Positions 25,916 through 40,451 of a stretch of DNA of 64,000 nucleotides are shown piece by piece. The notes under the pieces were generated by a model. The model saw only the letters and a program-made list of their open reading frames with translations. It did not search any database and was not told where the DNA came from. The stretch is from Cirrosporium novae-zelandiae (lineage: Eukaryota), in the NCBI GenBank assembly GCA_026023565.1, contig JAPETS010000007.1, positions 124,001 through 188,000 on the forward strand, given 5' to 3'. The first letter of the stretch is position 1, and each line of letters starts with the position of its first letter. The position numbers and the translations under genes are program-made.

Positions 25916-26589
25916 CGGGATGATTTCAAAAGTAAAAGATAGCTGATTGCGCAGAGACCTGCTAGTAATCGTTGAATAGAAGTGAAAGGTAGATGAGCAA
26001 GAAATTCAAGAAGTACGAAAATAGCAAGCAGTATGATGTCGAAATCAGGAGTAAGAGTATTGAAGAAATTGTATAGGAACAAGTATATATAACAACTCGA
26101 CGAGGATGGGTTCAACAGTACCAAAAGGACCGATGCATGTCACACTGGAAGGACATCTTCACTGGAGGAATAATCATGTGCTTAATGCTGAATTTTAGCG
26201 AGAGGCGCTAAAATAAGCTACTCGAGTACTGTAGTCTACGGAGACTGGAGGGGCTCTTCCTATTGAGATATATCTTGCAGCAGGTTTTATTTCCGGGTTA
26301 TTACAATGCCGATTAGTCTATACAAACCATTTTAAATAATTAGACTAGTCTAAAGATTTTCAATGTCCTGCTTTGTATGGTATCAGGCGAAATAATCCAT
26401 AATTAGTACAAAAACAAGCTCTACATGGAGTTTAACCATTATAGGTAAACCGCTAGGAGATATTTAGTATGGTGATTGCCTCATATCGTTAGAGGAGATT
26501 TTAAGTTGACTGTATACATGTACTGTACTATGGATTATTGCGCCTGTAATCATAGTTAACTGAACGCAAGCCGCCTTATTAAACGAATA

Positions 26590-26730
26590 ATAACTACTTC
26601 AAATTTTTAATTATAATTATTATTAAATAATTATCAATCCTTTTTCATATATATATATATATATATTTTAATTTGAATTATTTTATTTTATTACTTAGGT
26701 TCTTTGTAAGTGTTTAATTATATAATACGA
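26590..26730. repeat. AT-rich low-complexity tract with a (TA)n microsatellite
   Basis: Almost pure A/T; about 9-10 AT units at about 26647-26666. Confidence 0.8.
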
Positions 26731-26960
26731 CAAGGCTAGTCCATGCGGTGTAAGATAATTACTGGAAATAAAAACCGCTAAACGGGGGACGGAGGATCGC
26801 TACTGAACGTAGGTGCCCATCCGGCGTGACCGGAGACTGTGAGTGAGCGCGCTAGCAGGAGTCTCGCCAAGATCAAAGGTACATACATGCACGCCAAAGC
26901 TCCTCTCTTCGTGAACCCTTACCTTTCGGATATTGTCTACTTCATACTTCGACGTCCATT

Positions 26961-29900
26961 ATGGATGAAACCCCACCCCAACGCCAGGCAGAGAGCCCTA
27001 CTGAGCAGCCGATGGAGCATTCAGCAGGGCAGTCAAATGAACGAACCAAAAGTCGAAGTGGAAGTGTTGTAGAAACCACTGAGAAAGATGTCGCTGGATC
27101 CACTCTCACTGGCCCCCAGTGGCAGGCTATGATTGATACCGTTTCAGTCGTATACAATACGAGGATCGGGAAAGAGTGAGCGATCATGTACGTAGTTATC
27201 AATTGGCCATTCTAATATGAGCGTAGCAATTATGACCCTTCGAAAGTCTTTCATCGTAAAGTCAACAAGCGCACCCTCCCGGACTATTATGAAGTGATCA
27301 AGGAGCCGATGGCCTTGAGTACCCTAAAGCAGAAGACAAACACCAAGCAATATAAAAACTTTTCCGAGTTTGTCAGAGATTGCACATTGATCGTTCATAA
27401 CGCTCAAACATACAACCGACCAGAAGCTATGGCATATCAAGATGCGCTTATTATCAAAGGAGTCTTCGAAAGAGAATTTCAAAACCTTGTCGATCATGGC
27501 ATCATAACAGCTGAAGCGGCAGTTCTCCCTGATCTAGGTGAAATCCCTCCTGCATCCCCTCTTCCTCTACTGGGCGAGCACGAGGAAGAAGACGAAGAAG
27601 ACGATGAAGAAGACGATGATGAAGAGGAAGGTGAAGATTCAGATGAGGACGGTCCAAAAAGAAAGCGTAAACGTGGTCCTCGATCAACCGCTGCTATTAC
27701 CAAGCGCGAAGGGAAAGAGGATAACCAGAAAATTGATGCAGAATCACGAATCAAAAGAGGGAGACCACCTAGGATAGACACTCCTTTGGAAGCCAGGATT
27801 AAAAACATCTATAAAGGCTTGCGTAAGGTCAAGACTGGTAAAGGAGGAGAGCTCAAGGTTCGCCATTTTGAGAAGGTCCCAGAGAAGGCCACAAACCAGG
27901 AATATTACACAGTCATCAAGAATCCTATAGCTCTGGATATCATAAAGGTTTGTTTATCCTCTAATCGGGTCCTGGGATTCTCGATACTGATCAACGCAAT
28001 AGCGAAAAACAAAGAGGAAGAAATATGATTCTGTCGATGCTTTCATGAAAGACGTGGAGCTTATGTTCGAGAATGCTAAGATGTACAATGAGGAATATAG
28101 CGAGATTTATAAAGATGCGGTTGACCTTCAAATGGAAGGTCGAAAACTAGCTGAGGTGGAGAAAAGAAAGCCAGATACTGAATTCGTGGACGAAGATGGC
28201 CGATTTCCCTTGCCTGATGGAATATTCAACAATGGCAAGCTTTGGAAAGTGGGTGACTGGGTTCATATAGAAAACGGTAACGACCCTTCGAAGCCAATTG
28301 TTGCTCAGATATATCGGACTTGGCAAGACACCGAGCAACGCAAGTGGGTGAATGCTTGCTGGTATTATCGCCCAGAACAGACTGTTCATCATGTGGACAA
28401 ACACTTTTTCCCTAACGAAGTTGTTAAGACTGGTCAATATCGAGATCATCCAATTGATGAAGTTGTTGACCATTGTTTTGTTATGTTTGTCACAAGATAT
28501 TTCAAAGGACGCCCTCGTGGGCTAGATCCAACGAAAGAGGTTTATGTATGCGAAGCTCGGTATAACGAAGAGAACAAAAAGATCAATAAAATCAAGACCT
28601 GGTCCAGCTGTCTTCCAGATGAGGTGCGGGAACAGGATTACGAAATGGATTTATTTGATGTGCCGAAAAAAATGAAGAAAATACCAAGTCCAATCAAACA
28701 TCTTTTAGCAGAAAGTGCTAAAGAAACAGATGATTTGCCTACGGAACAATGGGGTGTTGAGAATGCGCCACCAAGAATTGGTGCTGTTCATCGACGGCCC
28801 CGAGAAGAGAACGTGAGTGAATTGATCTTAACTAAATCTCCCCTCTCCCCAAAAAATTGGTTCTCTTCTACTCACCAAAGGGTAGGAATCGCCTCCTCCG
28901 GAACCGACACCTTCGCCTCCGCCACAACTTCCCGCTCAACCTCCACCTCAATCAATCCGACGACCATCAAACATACCAGAACACAATATGGATGGCCACA
29001 GAGCTATGAATGCACATCAGGATGCGCCTGCAAGCAATGTCCCTATTCAGGCTCAACGACCCTCAATGTCGCCTGCGCAAAACATGAGCGCTCGAGCATC
29101 AACACCAAACTATCAATATCCTGCTCGCCAGTATCACCAACAATCTGCATCGCCAGCTCCTACCTATAACCAGAACTACACAAATCATACAGCAAACTAT
29201 CCTCCCCAAACACCACGGACAAACTTTGCTCAGATTCAAACAGGCTCACATGTCAACCACCACCCAACTAGTCAAAGCAGCACCACTTACCACCAAAACA
29301 ATACTTCTCGATCCGGGAGCGTATTTCCCAACCCCTCAACCTCGTATAATGCACCCCGTCCCGCAGAGGTGTACACACTCTCAGATGCAGCTAACGCTGC
29401 AATCCCTCCCGAGATCCGCAACCAGTTCCACTGTGATAACAACGGGCATATTGTCTTTTTCACAAAGCCACCTCTAGTCACTCATGCCCCCGATGGCACT
29501 CCGTACAACTACAACGAGATGCCGGAGACGTCTGAAAACATCACGCAGAATGGAGTTAAAATTCCCGACATTGATATAAGTAATCCATCAATTACCATAA
29601 ATGGCGCCGTGGCCCATTCAGCACGATATCTTGCTGCAAAAGCTAAGCGATCCGAAGCCATCAAAAGGAAGCGTGAGGAATTATTGAGACGTCAACATGA
29701 AGAGGAGCAGGAGGAAAGTAATGTGGCAAAGCGTCGTGCCATCATGACATCAAATCAAACCTCCGAGCAACCCCAGATTCTCCAAGCCACTGCCATGCTC
29801 CAACCTGTCCAAGAATACCTCTCAAACCTTATAACGGACCCGGTTGTTAAAAACCTTTATCTTGACGAAGGGCCAATTAAACCTGAATACCGTGCAGAAG

Positions 29901-30073
29901 CAGGGCGTCATATCAAGGTCCTAACCGGAATTGAAGAACATAGAAAGAAGAAACAAGATGCAAAGGATAAGCTGGACGGCGAGATGAAAGAGTACTTAAG
30001 ATTGAAGGCCGAGGGGAAATGGGTGGATCCGAGGAAGTTGAGGGGAGCGCCGCCCGAGGGGTGGAATCCTTAA
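26961..30073 (+). CDS. RSC1: RSC complex subunit (two bromodomains, AT-hook, BAH); 3 introns
   Basis: PDYYEVIKEPMAL...HNAQTYN, AT-hook KRGRPP, second bromodomain YYTVIKNPIAL...FENAKMYN, and BAH domain VGDWVH...NACWYYRPEQTVH. Rsc1/Rsc2 family; start codon uncertain. Confidence 0.92.
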
Positions 30074-30580
30074 GCGAATGGCTAGCGGAAAACAATAGCC
30101 AAGGCGTTGTGTTGAAGAGCAAATGCGAAGTGGTTCATAACCTTTTCAGAATAGCTGGTGGCTGGAATATTTCAAGCATAGAAGGAACTATAAGATATAA
30201 TACCCCAACTAATGACTATCGAGGTGAAATTAGTGAAATTAGTAGTCTAGTTTCCTTCCTCATCGAAATATCACGATCCTTCTAGGTGATAGCGATGGTT
30301 TTACAATCAATAAATGAGCTTTTCCAATACCGTCTTATAAAACATGTAAAGTGAGGAATACCATCCATCGATACATGGATGCTTGAAAACAAGTCATGAG
30401 AGGCTCTTCGATTGACTCCTTCATCTGAATTATTTAAAGAACAGAAGACGACTGTCTATAAATTTCAAAAGAGCTAATAACCCGTGACGCCAAAACTCCA
30501 AGCCAGAAATCAACGCTTATTCGTCGTCTTCCCCTTTCTCCAAATCCAAGCAAAAAAAAAGGAGTGGAATACTAAAACAT

Positions 30581-32255
30581 TTAAAATGGAAACCCCCCAC
30601 CGCCCCCAAATCCACCCGGGAACTGGAACCCCCCTCCAGGGAAACCTCCTGAAAACTTAAAGTGTTGGCCTCCTTGGCCTCCTCCAGAACTCCTAAAGAC
30701 AAATTGCTGTCCCCCGAACGGTGCACCTTGCTGGAATGGGTGCTGGTGCTGTGCCTCCTGGCTATTTGGATCATCTCCTCTGTCGAATCTGGCTCGTAAT
30801 TCTGGATCAGATAACACTTCGTATGCTTCGTTAATGGCAGCCATCTTCTTCTCGGCTTCCTCTTTACTTATTTCTCCGTTTGCCATCGCTCTGTCTGGAT
30901 GATGTTTCTTCGTTAGTTGGCGATAGGCTTTCTTGATTGTGCGGTCGTCTGCGTCAGAGTGTACCCCGAGGACAGCGTAGTAGTCTTTTTGAGAGGCACG
31001 TTTGAGGTCAACATGCGCTTTCTGGAGGAGGGGATCAATTGTAGACTGAGCAGCTTCGGGGTGTGCTTCTTTGGCTGTGTTGAGGGTGCGGATAGCGTCT
31101 TCATAGGAGGAAGCAGAGAGTTGATCCTTCGCTTGGGCGAGGAGGGCGTGCAGGGAGGTCGGGCGGTGGGCAAGAACTTTTTTGCAGAAAGGCGAGGCTC
31201 GTTTGAGGTTGTTCGTCTGACAGAGAGTTAGGCTATGGGTTCCTGGGAGAGTGTGGAAGCGTGTAAATTTTTACCTCGTAATATGCCTCACAGGCCATTT
31301 CCTCCAGATCGTAATATAACTCATTAGGCGCATTGCGATGAATGGTACCAGCTTCTATGCCATCTTTGACATCTCTATTAACTTCCGCGATTAAGCCCTC
31401 TTCTCCTACCAGCACCTTAACGGCGTTGTTAAATTGCCTCTTTTCCATTAAGATTTTCGCGTTACTCCATTTTTTATCAATCTTTTTTTCTCTCTTATAC
31501 AAACGACTGCAGGCCTTGGAATCTGGATCAGAATGAAGGCACTTTCTAATCTGCGCTAATCCTTGCTCCGTATCCCCCAAGGAGTAAAATAACATTGATG
31601 ATATCTTCAAATGCGGTTCGGTCGATTCGGGATTAATTTGTAGGGCATGCTTCAGGTCATTCACCCCCTCTTGAATCTCCCCTTTCTCAAAGCGGCACTT
31701 CGCTCTCAATTGCCGCAGGTTCAATGCCGTACTGGCTATCATGATGGCAACCCCTGATTGACTAACGCAGCCTTCCCAATCCCCATTCTTCTCTGCGTCG
31801 AAAGCGAGGGTGGCAGCACCCTGCGCCTCTACTAAGTCTGAAAATTCCTGAGAACCTTTCTTGCTTGCAGTCTCATAGTCATAGCGTGCAGCATCCCATT
31901 CACCATTCTTGCTCTTAATTCTTGCACGTTGCAGTAGTGCTCCCTCGAAGTCAGGCTTTATCTTTAGAGCACGGTCAAAGTCCTCGCTTGCCTTAGAATT
32001 CTTTCCCAGAGATAAATATGCGGCACCCCGTTGGAAGATGGATAGATAATTTGAAGGATCACGGGCGATAGCGAGGTCGTAATATGTCAACGCATCTGCA
32101 GCATTACCCTTTGCTAGGTTGGCTTTCGCAGAGGCTAGGAGCGAGGATATGGGAGTGTCAAGAGGAATTTCATCAGAAGTGAAGGCGAAAGCTGTAGATT
32201 GTAACAAAGCCAGAAGAGTGGCGGAAAGGGCGACGGAAGACAGGTAAACCCTCAT
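30581..32255 (-). CDS. ER TPR- and J-domain co-chaperone (P58IPK/DNAJC3, Jem1-like); 1 intron
   Basis: Signal peptide and TPR repeats, then a J domain (KDYYAVLG...KKHHPD...[23 protein letters not shown]) and a G/F-rich tail. Confidence 0.92.
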
Positions 32256-32616
32256 GGTGACTGGGTTCTTATGGGGATCAGATATGATACATTTATTTTA
32301 GGTAAACACGAAAGGCGAATGAATATATTGAAGCGAGAGTATCAGGTTAAAAGACTGGTGCGAAGTGAAAGGAATGTAGAAAGTGGTTTACTTGTGAGAC
32401 TGAAATGTGGCATTTACAGATTCTCTTTAGACCCCCTCGATCTTATTAAGCTTCGTGGCTCTAAGATCTGATTAAAGTATTGACTTTAAGGAACAACAAA
32501 GCTATTATCTATAACTAACTAGCAACATCTACAAAGTATCTTCTAGAAGTTACCTTTTACATTAATTTTTAGATTGTTTTTCAATCCCATTGTATTAAAT
32601 TACTTTTGTCGTTTCT

Positions 32617-33462
32617 ATGGATTCCTCTCCGCTTCTCTCCCCATCCAAAGCTCGTGCAGAAGCTTCTCTTGCTGCCGATTGGGCCCTCGCAACCTCTTTC
32701 CTTAATTCTGTCTATCATCCCGCTACTCCTCCCCCATTCGAACGTAACGATGAAATCCTCAAGGCTTTACTTCAGCTCGCCGCCTATAATGAGCGCGCCA
32801 ATGAGGGCCAACAGTTAATCCTCCGGGCGGAAGAGCAAGAGTTACGGGAGCTACAGCAAGCCGAAGCCCAGGGCATGGAAGAAGCTAGGGAAATACTAGA
32901 TGCTGTAGAGGAAAACATGACAGATGAGGGAAGAGCGGCTCTGGCAACCCTTGCAGAGACAAGTATTGGCTTAGGTGTGGACGTATATCCCGAGGAAATC
33001 GCTAAAGCAATTGTGGATCGCACAAGAGACGAATTTGACCGAGCTCAGCAACTACATCGCATACAAACGCTTCAAGATTATTTAGAAAGCGAACTATCCA
33101 GGGTCCAAGCACAGCTAGATGGATTGAGGGGAGAGCAGTATCTGACTCCGAATAGCCTCCCGGAGGCAACAGCAAAGTGGACACGAGAGACCAAATTATT
33201 AGACCGCGAACTTTCCGACTCCAAAGACCGACTAGCTATTTTAGAAAGGGCAAAGAAACCTGAAATCACGGTTGACCGGCTCAGCGAAAAGGAAAAGGAG
33301 GTCCTGACTTATGAAGAAAGAGTTCGGAATCTGGAAGCCCAGGTGGATGCCTTCCATGGTTTACCTGCTGACAGAGAATTGGCAAAGAAGGAGATAGACA
33401 AACTAGAGAGGGAGTTGCAAAGACTTACAAGACGAAGAGATGAGCTGTTTGAAGCACTGTAA
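32617..33462 (+). CDS. Augmin/HAUS subunit 1-like coiled-coil protein
   Basis: PPPFERNDEILKALLQLAAYNE near the N-terminus, FHGLPAD..LAK...L.RRRDELFE at the C-terminus, with coiled coil between. Confidence 0.75.
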   Translation: MDSSPLLSPSKARAEASLAADWALATSFLNSVYHPATPPPFERNDEILKALLQLAAYNERANEGQQLILRAEEQELRELQQAEAQGMEEAREILDAVEENMTDEGRAALATLAETSIGLGVDVYPEEIAKAIVDRTRDEFDRAQQLHRIQTLQDYLESELSRVQAQLDGLRGEQYLTPNSLPEATAKWTRETKLLDRELSDSKDRLAILERAKKPEITVDRLSEKEKEVLTYEERVRNLEAQVDAFHGLPADRELAKKEIDKLERELQRLTRRRDELFEAL

Positions 33463-33872
33463 ATCAGTTACGACAATCAAGACTCGTTACTACTAAAGCT
33501 ACAATCAAGTATTCCGAGGAGGGACAAACAAGAGGGTCGTAGACGATCTTGAGGCACGGCTTCCAGGATATGTATTAAAGGAAGGGTGAAGGACTGATTG
33601 AGTATAAGTTGCCAAGAAGCCATCACACGTAATAAACTCACATGCAAGTCGTTTATCATTCAAGACTGCAATACCTAGGTACATAGCGAACACGCCAAAA
33701 ACCAGACAACAAAACTCGGGTATTCTAATGACCGCCTTTTGAGATCCATCTACCAAAGACTTCAAAAGGAAGTAAGTATCATGCAGAACGCTAATGCCAA
33801 TATAAAAAGCCAAGGGAAATTAACCAAACCTGCAAAGGTGAGATTTCCGCAGGATTATCGAATGATGCGAGA

Positions 33873-36546
33873 TTAGGATGCTGGTGTTTGTGGGAATTCT
33901 CCTGGTATGTGTAAGTTGGATATCGCATTTCCGCTCGGCTGCCTTTGCTGGATCGGGATAGCCAGCTGCATCTCTGTAGTCCGATCTGACTGGATTGGAA
34001 CACTATTCGCCTGGAGAACTTCGAGATCCTGATCCTTATATGGCGAGGTGTTGTTGGTATCTAAGTATGCAGGGCCGTAATCGTCATGTTGATATGGCAT
34101 TCGGTTCATGCCAATTTCACCATGGTCCGTATTACTGCCTGACCAAGCCAGTCCTGTGGGAGATGCAGAAATTTTATCTCTAGCGTCCATTGTATAAGAT
34201 GGCTCCCTGAGTTGCTTTGGTTCTTGCTGACGGTCATATGCCTCAACGCCTATCGTATCAGTCGTTGTTCCTCGTGCGGCTGGGGCCATCCAATCGCCAT
34301 AGTTCTTGCTGTCGTGTTTCAGGAAGTCCTGAGAGTTACTTTGATACCCAGCACCCTGCTGTTGATATTCTCTTCTATAACCCATACTCTCCGAACCTTG
34401 AAATGAGAACGGCCTACCCCCATAACCCACATTACCAGAATTAGCATTATGAGAGTTCGCATCGTGCTGGGGTTGCATCGACAACATCGCAGATCCCGGC
34501 AATGCACCCGCGGCAGCTACAGCATCAGGGTCCCCGGAACTTGCACGGCTAGACGGAGAAAGGGGAACTGGAACCTGTAAATCGCGGTTAACCTGGATAT
34601 CACTTGGAAATCGTCCACCCGGTGACGGACGTTGAACAATGGTCTCCTCCTCGGGAGGGGCACGACGTGACAAAGATGCATTAGCAGAGTAAGGTGTCTC
34701 GTCTGCTTCATCCTCCTCCATAGCCCCCTCACTGCTCACTGATCCTGCCCTACTCAAGCTTCGACCGCTATGAGATCGTGCATGCTTTCGGACAAAAGCG
34801 TTTCGTTCTTCACCAGATTTTTCGGTCAAGCTCTTGATATCTTGATACCATGCTAGCATGGTATCATGAGACTCGGCACGGAAGATCCAAGAATGACCTC
34901 GGTGCATTGACCCCGTTTGGCGACCCTTAAGCATGAATTTATGTGAGGATGAACCCGGTTGAGAATGAGAACCAAGCTTTTGTTCGGGAAGATATAAAGA
35001 CATAACGAGAGTCTTAGGTCCAATACGCTCTGGAGATTTGAATTCATGCAAGTGCGTTGGCGAAAGGACATACCTATTCATAAATGGTTAGCTAGATCTA
35101 ATACTGCGGCTTTCCAGAAACGTACCATCCTGGTGTATAGCTCTTAAGGTATTTACTTTTCCGCTCCAACATACCAGACCTAACTTCAGCGGCAGCTGGA
35201 TGCTCTTTACCAGGGTAATAAATCTGCTCTGGTTGCCGTAATGGTACTTTTGGGTCGACAAAATTTTCGTCTCGCTCAACAAAGAATGACCATTCAAGGT
35301 CTTTTGGCATCGTAATAGGACCAGATCTGAGCTTCTCAACAGCATCATATGCTTCGTCGGCCTCTCGTTTCAGGATACCAGCATAAGCATTGTAAGCTTT
35401 CTGGATCTCGCCTACAACAATGGATTCGAGCTCACGGCCTGAGCTTTCCAAGTTCAGGAATGCCTATTCGGTATTAGCATTTAAAATGATTAGGACGTAT
35501 CTTTCACTGACCCTGTGTAGATAGTTTTCTTCCTCTATTTGGCGAGCTACCTGCTCCTCCACGGTAATCTTTACCAAAAATGGATCACCCTTTCCTGTAG
35601 TCGCATGCGGATCTTCGTCGACTAGCCCTAATGCTTCTTGCAATGATCTTGCTGCTTTCCTCGTAGCATCCATTTCCTTGTCGACAGAGTTCTTGAAATC
35701 TCCGGATAGGTTTTTGATCTCTTTTATTTTCTGTTGGAGATCGCTCCTCAAACCAGAGAGTTGTATTATAACATCATTTTCAATATCTTTTGCTTTACTG
35801 CTTTCATTCAGGGCCTGCCGGTGATATTCACGAAGGATACGATTGGCTTCTCCTATACCACCGTCGGTAAGAAATACTGGAGGCATTGAAGTATTATTGA
35901 TAACATTGGATAGTGTTTGTAAGGCTTTCGACCGCGCGTCGTATGTTTTCTGAATGTCGCGAAAGTATGCTATTAGGTCCTTTAGAACTTTGCGCCAAGC
36001 TACAATAAACATTAGCCAACCCTCATACAAGTATGGTAAACAACGTAGAATTGCCAACTTGGATATAGGCTAACCTTGAAACCTGTTTGCTAAAACATCC
36101 GTTGGGATTCCACGAGTAGGAACCGGAGTGTAAAATGCACTATTGATTTCATCATCCACTCCGGCACCATACTTCTCCTTTTCACCCAAAGCCAAACTCC
36201 TTACGCTTCCTGCATAGCTGCTCCTCCTACTACCACTCCTCTTCAGGCTCGATTTTCTACTTAACGATTGCTTTTTCTTCAATGTGCCCACCCGGGATGG
36301 TGTCAGAGTATGTGATTGGGAAGTGGTTGAATTCATGCGATGAATATCACTTCCAGTATAGCCGTCTGGAAGGGACGACGGGTGGTCAGAGACGGTTCCT
36401 TCTCGAAAGGGAGCGGATTGCGACAAAGGTGATGCGTCCTGCGGAACGCCTTGAACGTTCACAAAGTCTGTTTGGGGGGGAAGTCCCAGATTGGGTTGAA
36501 TACCATAGTGGTCATAAACAGATGAGGCGGGCTCTGCGGTAGCCAT
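33873..36546 (-). CDS. SLM1: BAR-PH domain protein Slm1/Slm2-like; 3 introns
   Basis: PTDVLANRFQ|AWRKVLKDLI and GKGDPFLV, then a PH domain (RSGMLERKSKYLKSYTPGWYVLSPTHLHEFKS...HSWIFRAESHDTMLAW). Confidence 0.9.
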
Positions 36547-37269
36547 AGTTCAGCCAGCACCCGATATCATCGAAGTGCTGCGATAAAGAATTTAGGTATA
36601 GAATTGGAAAAAATTAATGGTGAGGAGGAAAAATGGTAGTAATAAGGATAGGAGCGGTTGGCAAGTTAAAGAGGTGTAAAGTAGCATTAAGGTCGGGGGC
36701 TTATTGATGACGTCGCACGCTAAGCTTGATTTTTGGTGCTACTGGAAATGAACAAAGGTTTACAGTAGTCTAACTCATCCCTAACTTCCACTACAAAGTA
36801 GCCCACCACTTATTGTTGATTGAAGCCACCAGCACCGCCACACTTCTTGAACACCTTGGAGAATGCTGTGGAGATTCCAGATAGGGCGTGGATATATATG
36901 GATTGAATATATACCAGAGATTAGGCTGCCCATCGTGCCATTTACTCAACGTTCGAGTAGAGCTAAGAAAGCTACAGAGGTAAGAAAGAATCAAATCTAT
37001 TTTATTCTAATTCTAGGATAAGAGACGCTCACGGAATCTCCATCCTCTTCACCAGCTTCGGTATAGATAACGTCAACAAACGCTTTTCTTCATGGACCTG
37101 AACCCCCTACAAATCTCAAGATCAACAGGGGGAAATTGTTCATCGAGTTCATCAGACATATCAATCGATCATACATCCTTATCGCTAAACACGCTCACAA
37201 CTTCCATACAATGCATGAGATTATTGTGCGAAAGCAATCGAAGTCTCTAGAACATGGCCAGGGCCCCTT

Positions 37270-40203
37270 TTAAATGGCATTGGCTAGTCGTCTTTCTTTC
37301 CTTAATGCTTTCAGCTTTTGTAGGGCTTCTGCCAAAGGGACTAAATCTCCTTTGGATTGGGTGTTTAGATCGTCTCTATTACGGATATTGACCGTGCGCG
37401 ACTCTTTCTCTTGGGCTCCAACCACTACAAGATTGTCAGCAAACACAGGGGCTCTCAATATAGACCTTCCTATTAAAACTTACCAAAGATGAAATTATAT
37501 TGCTGTAATTGCGCAGAACGGATTTTCTTTTGCATTGTGTTGCCACTGATATCGATGTCGGCAAACATCTTGGCTTCTCGAAAAATAACTTGAACCTCTT
37601 TCACGTAGTCATTGACGGATGGCATTACCTAAAGAGGATTCACATTCAGCTTCCATGAGCCCCCTCAATGAAGAATAGTAATAGCGTTCACTTACGGGTA
37701 TCACCATTATTTGTCGCGGGCTAAGCCAGAAAGGCCATTTACCAGCAAAATGCTCGATCAAAATGCCCATGAAGCGCTCGAAGCTACCAATGATTGCACG
37801 ATGTACCATGACTGGTCTTGCACGCCCTGGGCCGAGTTGATCACCTGCCGCGGTATTTGAAGCTGGTTGGTTATTCTCATTATCCTTATTTCCTTTTGAT
37901 TTATCGGCTTTCTCAGCTGTCATATACTCCAACTTGAAGTTATGAGGAAGCTGAAAATCGAGTTGGATGGTAGCGCCTAAAGGCATATTATCAGATGAGA
38001 CGTTTTCCAATTTGTTATTATATATTAAATATCCGATTTAATGGAAGCAACTCACATTGATGCCCTCTTTTCAGTGCATCTGATATCTCAATATCAATCT
38101 TCGGGCCATAGAAAGCACCATCGCCCTCATTAAGCTCCCAGTCAGAACCACCTCTAGCTTTGAAGTTCTCTAATGCCTGACGGAGCTTTTCCTCGGCGAT
38201 GTTCCATGTCTCAAGGTCACCCATGTATTTCTCAGGACGAGTGGACAGCTTTAGTTTAAATGGGAAGCCAAAGAGTCCGTATATACGTTGCAGAAAGTCA
38301 AAGAGTCCTTCAATTTCTTCTGTAATCTTCTGGAATGGTTAACAGGATGGCATGACTAGGTAAATGTTGGTACGTTACCTGGTCTTGAGTGCAGAAGATA
38401 TGTGAATCATCCTGCTGGAACTTACGCACTGTGAGGGTTAGTTAAAGTGGGCAAAAGGGGATAGCATCGCATTGTTTCTAACCTCGAGTGAGTCCATTTA
38501 AGGCTCCAGATGCCTCATTACGATGCAGTACTCCGAAATCGGCCATTCGCAATGGTAGCTCTCTATAACTTCTTTCGCGGTGGTCGAAGATCTTGCAATG
38601 TCCAGGACAATTCATTGGTTTCAAACCCCAGATTCTCTTTTCGATTTCAAGACGAAACATATCATCCTGGTAATGTTGCCAGTGTCCTGACGTCTTCCAT
38701 AGAGATACATCATACCTGAAAACCTGTTAGTACCCGCCACTCCTACACCCCTACGCAGGTAACGATTATCAGTATAAGGTCTTACATGTTTGGTGTTTGT
38801 ACCTCTTGGTAACCCCGCTTGTGGTACTCTTCACGGAGGAGTTTCTGTAAGGCATTGAAAATGATTGTTCCATTAGGTAGTAGGAACACGCAACCTGGTG
38901 CGACTTCATCAAACCTGGAGGAACACAGAATATTAGTATATTTTTCCTCCAGTACAAATTTCAAGCGTATGGAGTGCCAATAACACACATGAACAGTTCT
39001 TGTTCTACGCCGATTTTACGATGATCCCTCTTAGCAGCTTCTTGGAGGAATTTTTTATGTTCTGTCATCTGTTTCTTGTCGGGAAATGCAACTCCATATA
39101 TTCTTTGCAGTGAGTCGTTAGAAGGATCGCCTAAGAAGTAAGCAGATGAGTTCTAGAAACATTAGTAAGTGCCACAAAATAGTGGTTAAACATATATACC
39201 TTCATGATCTGGAAAGCCTTAATTTTGTTGGTATTTTGAATATGAGGGCCACGGCAAAGATCAACTAATGTCCCGCACTTGTACACTGTACTGTGTTCCC
39301 CTTCAATTAGATTGTCAATATAATGAAGCTTATATTTGCTATAGCCGAACATCTCTTTAAGGTCCTTCTTTGAAACATCCAGTCGTTCAAAGGGCTGTCT
39401 CTCCTTGAATATTTTTGATGCTCGACCTTCCAAACCAGACCATTCAGTCTCCTTCACGGCACGTCTGTATGGCGTCAGCAATAGTTATCATTGATAGGTC
39501 AGATCGTGTTACCCCTCCTCTAAAGCCATATCGTAGAAGAAGCCTTGCTGTGTAGGTGGCCCATGGGATAGCCGACACCCATATTCGCATTCACAGGCTT
39601 CTCCAAGAACCTGGAAATAGACCGATTAATTTATGCTGTTCCCTCACAATGTAAAGTAGGAATGCTTACATGTGCACTACTGTGCCAGAACACTTCTCTG
39701 CCTTCACTTGAACCAAATGGTAGATAGCTAACTCGGCATTCTCGCTCTAATGGACGATCAAGGTCCCATAATTCCTTGCCGTCTACTTTTGCAATAACGA
39801 CGCCCGCACTTACCTCACGGGGTACATGCCGTAAGAATGAGCCCGGGGTAGATTCAAAGGCCTTTGCTTGCATAATCATCTCTTGTCCTTGTCCTATATC
39901 AATTATGATCGTAATTTCTGGGTGTGGTTTGGACCTGATTTCCTCATCGTAGCGGACCTTGAGTTCGTCGAAAAACTGGTTTCGACGGATAATGAAATCT
40001 GGTAGTTGGGTAGTCACTGGCTGAGACTTGGCGTTTTTCGTTTTGGATGGTTCCTGGGGCTCCGTTTTATGGCCTGCTTCCATATTATCTGAAATTGCAA
40101 TGTGTTCGTGGAGGAGTTCAACTTTAGCTAAACTGCTGGGTAAATCCACAGCGTTAATATTTTCCTTTTCTTGCTGTGCTACCTTATCCGAGTCAGCCAC
40201 CAT
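37270..40203 (-). CDS. THS1: Threonyl-tRNA synthetase with TGS and editing domains (many introns)
   Basis: [62 protein letters not shown] and [12 protein letters not shown]...WPFWLSPRQ. Confidence 0.96.
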
Positions 40204-40451
40204 GTTGACCTCGTTGGCAAAAATTCCTCACGGTATTGCAAGTCGGCGGTTGCAATTGGAATATTGTTTTGGTGGTTATCTGGCATTCAAGACTGTGGGG
40301 GTGGGTCGTGAGTCAATGCGATAGCGATGTAAGTGACTACGGTGAAAGGAATTTCCTAAGCCCGTTTCGCGCTAGCAACTTTGAAATTCAAATTCGAAGC
40401 TTCCCACAACTCCAAAAACTTCCAGGCGCAAATTACTACCACAGCTTCAAT

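Noticed and set aside
40204..40330. Upstream mitochondrial presequence extension on ThrRS
   Set aside because: There is an in-frame TGA nine codons upstream of the ATG, and no spliced extension could be supported.
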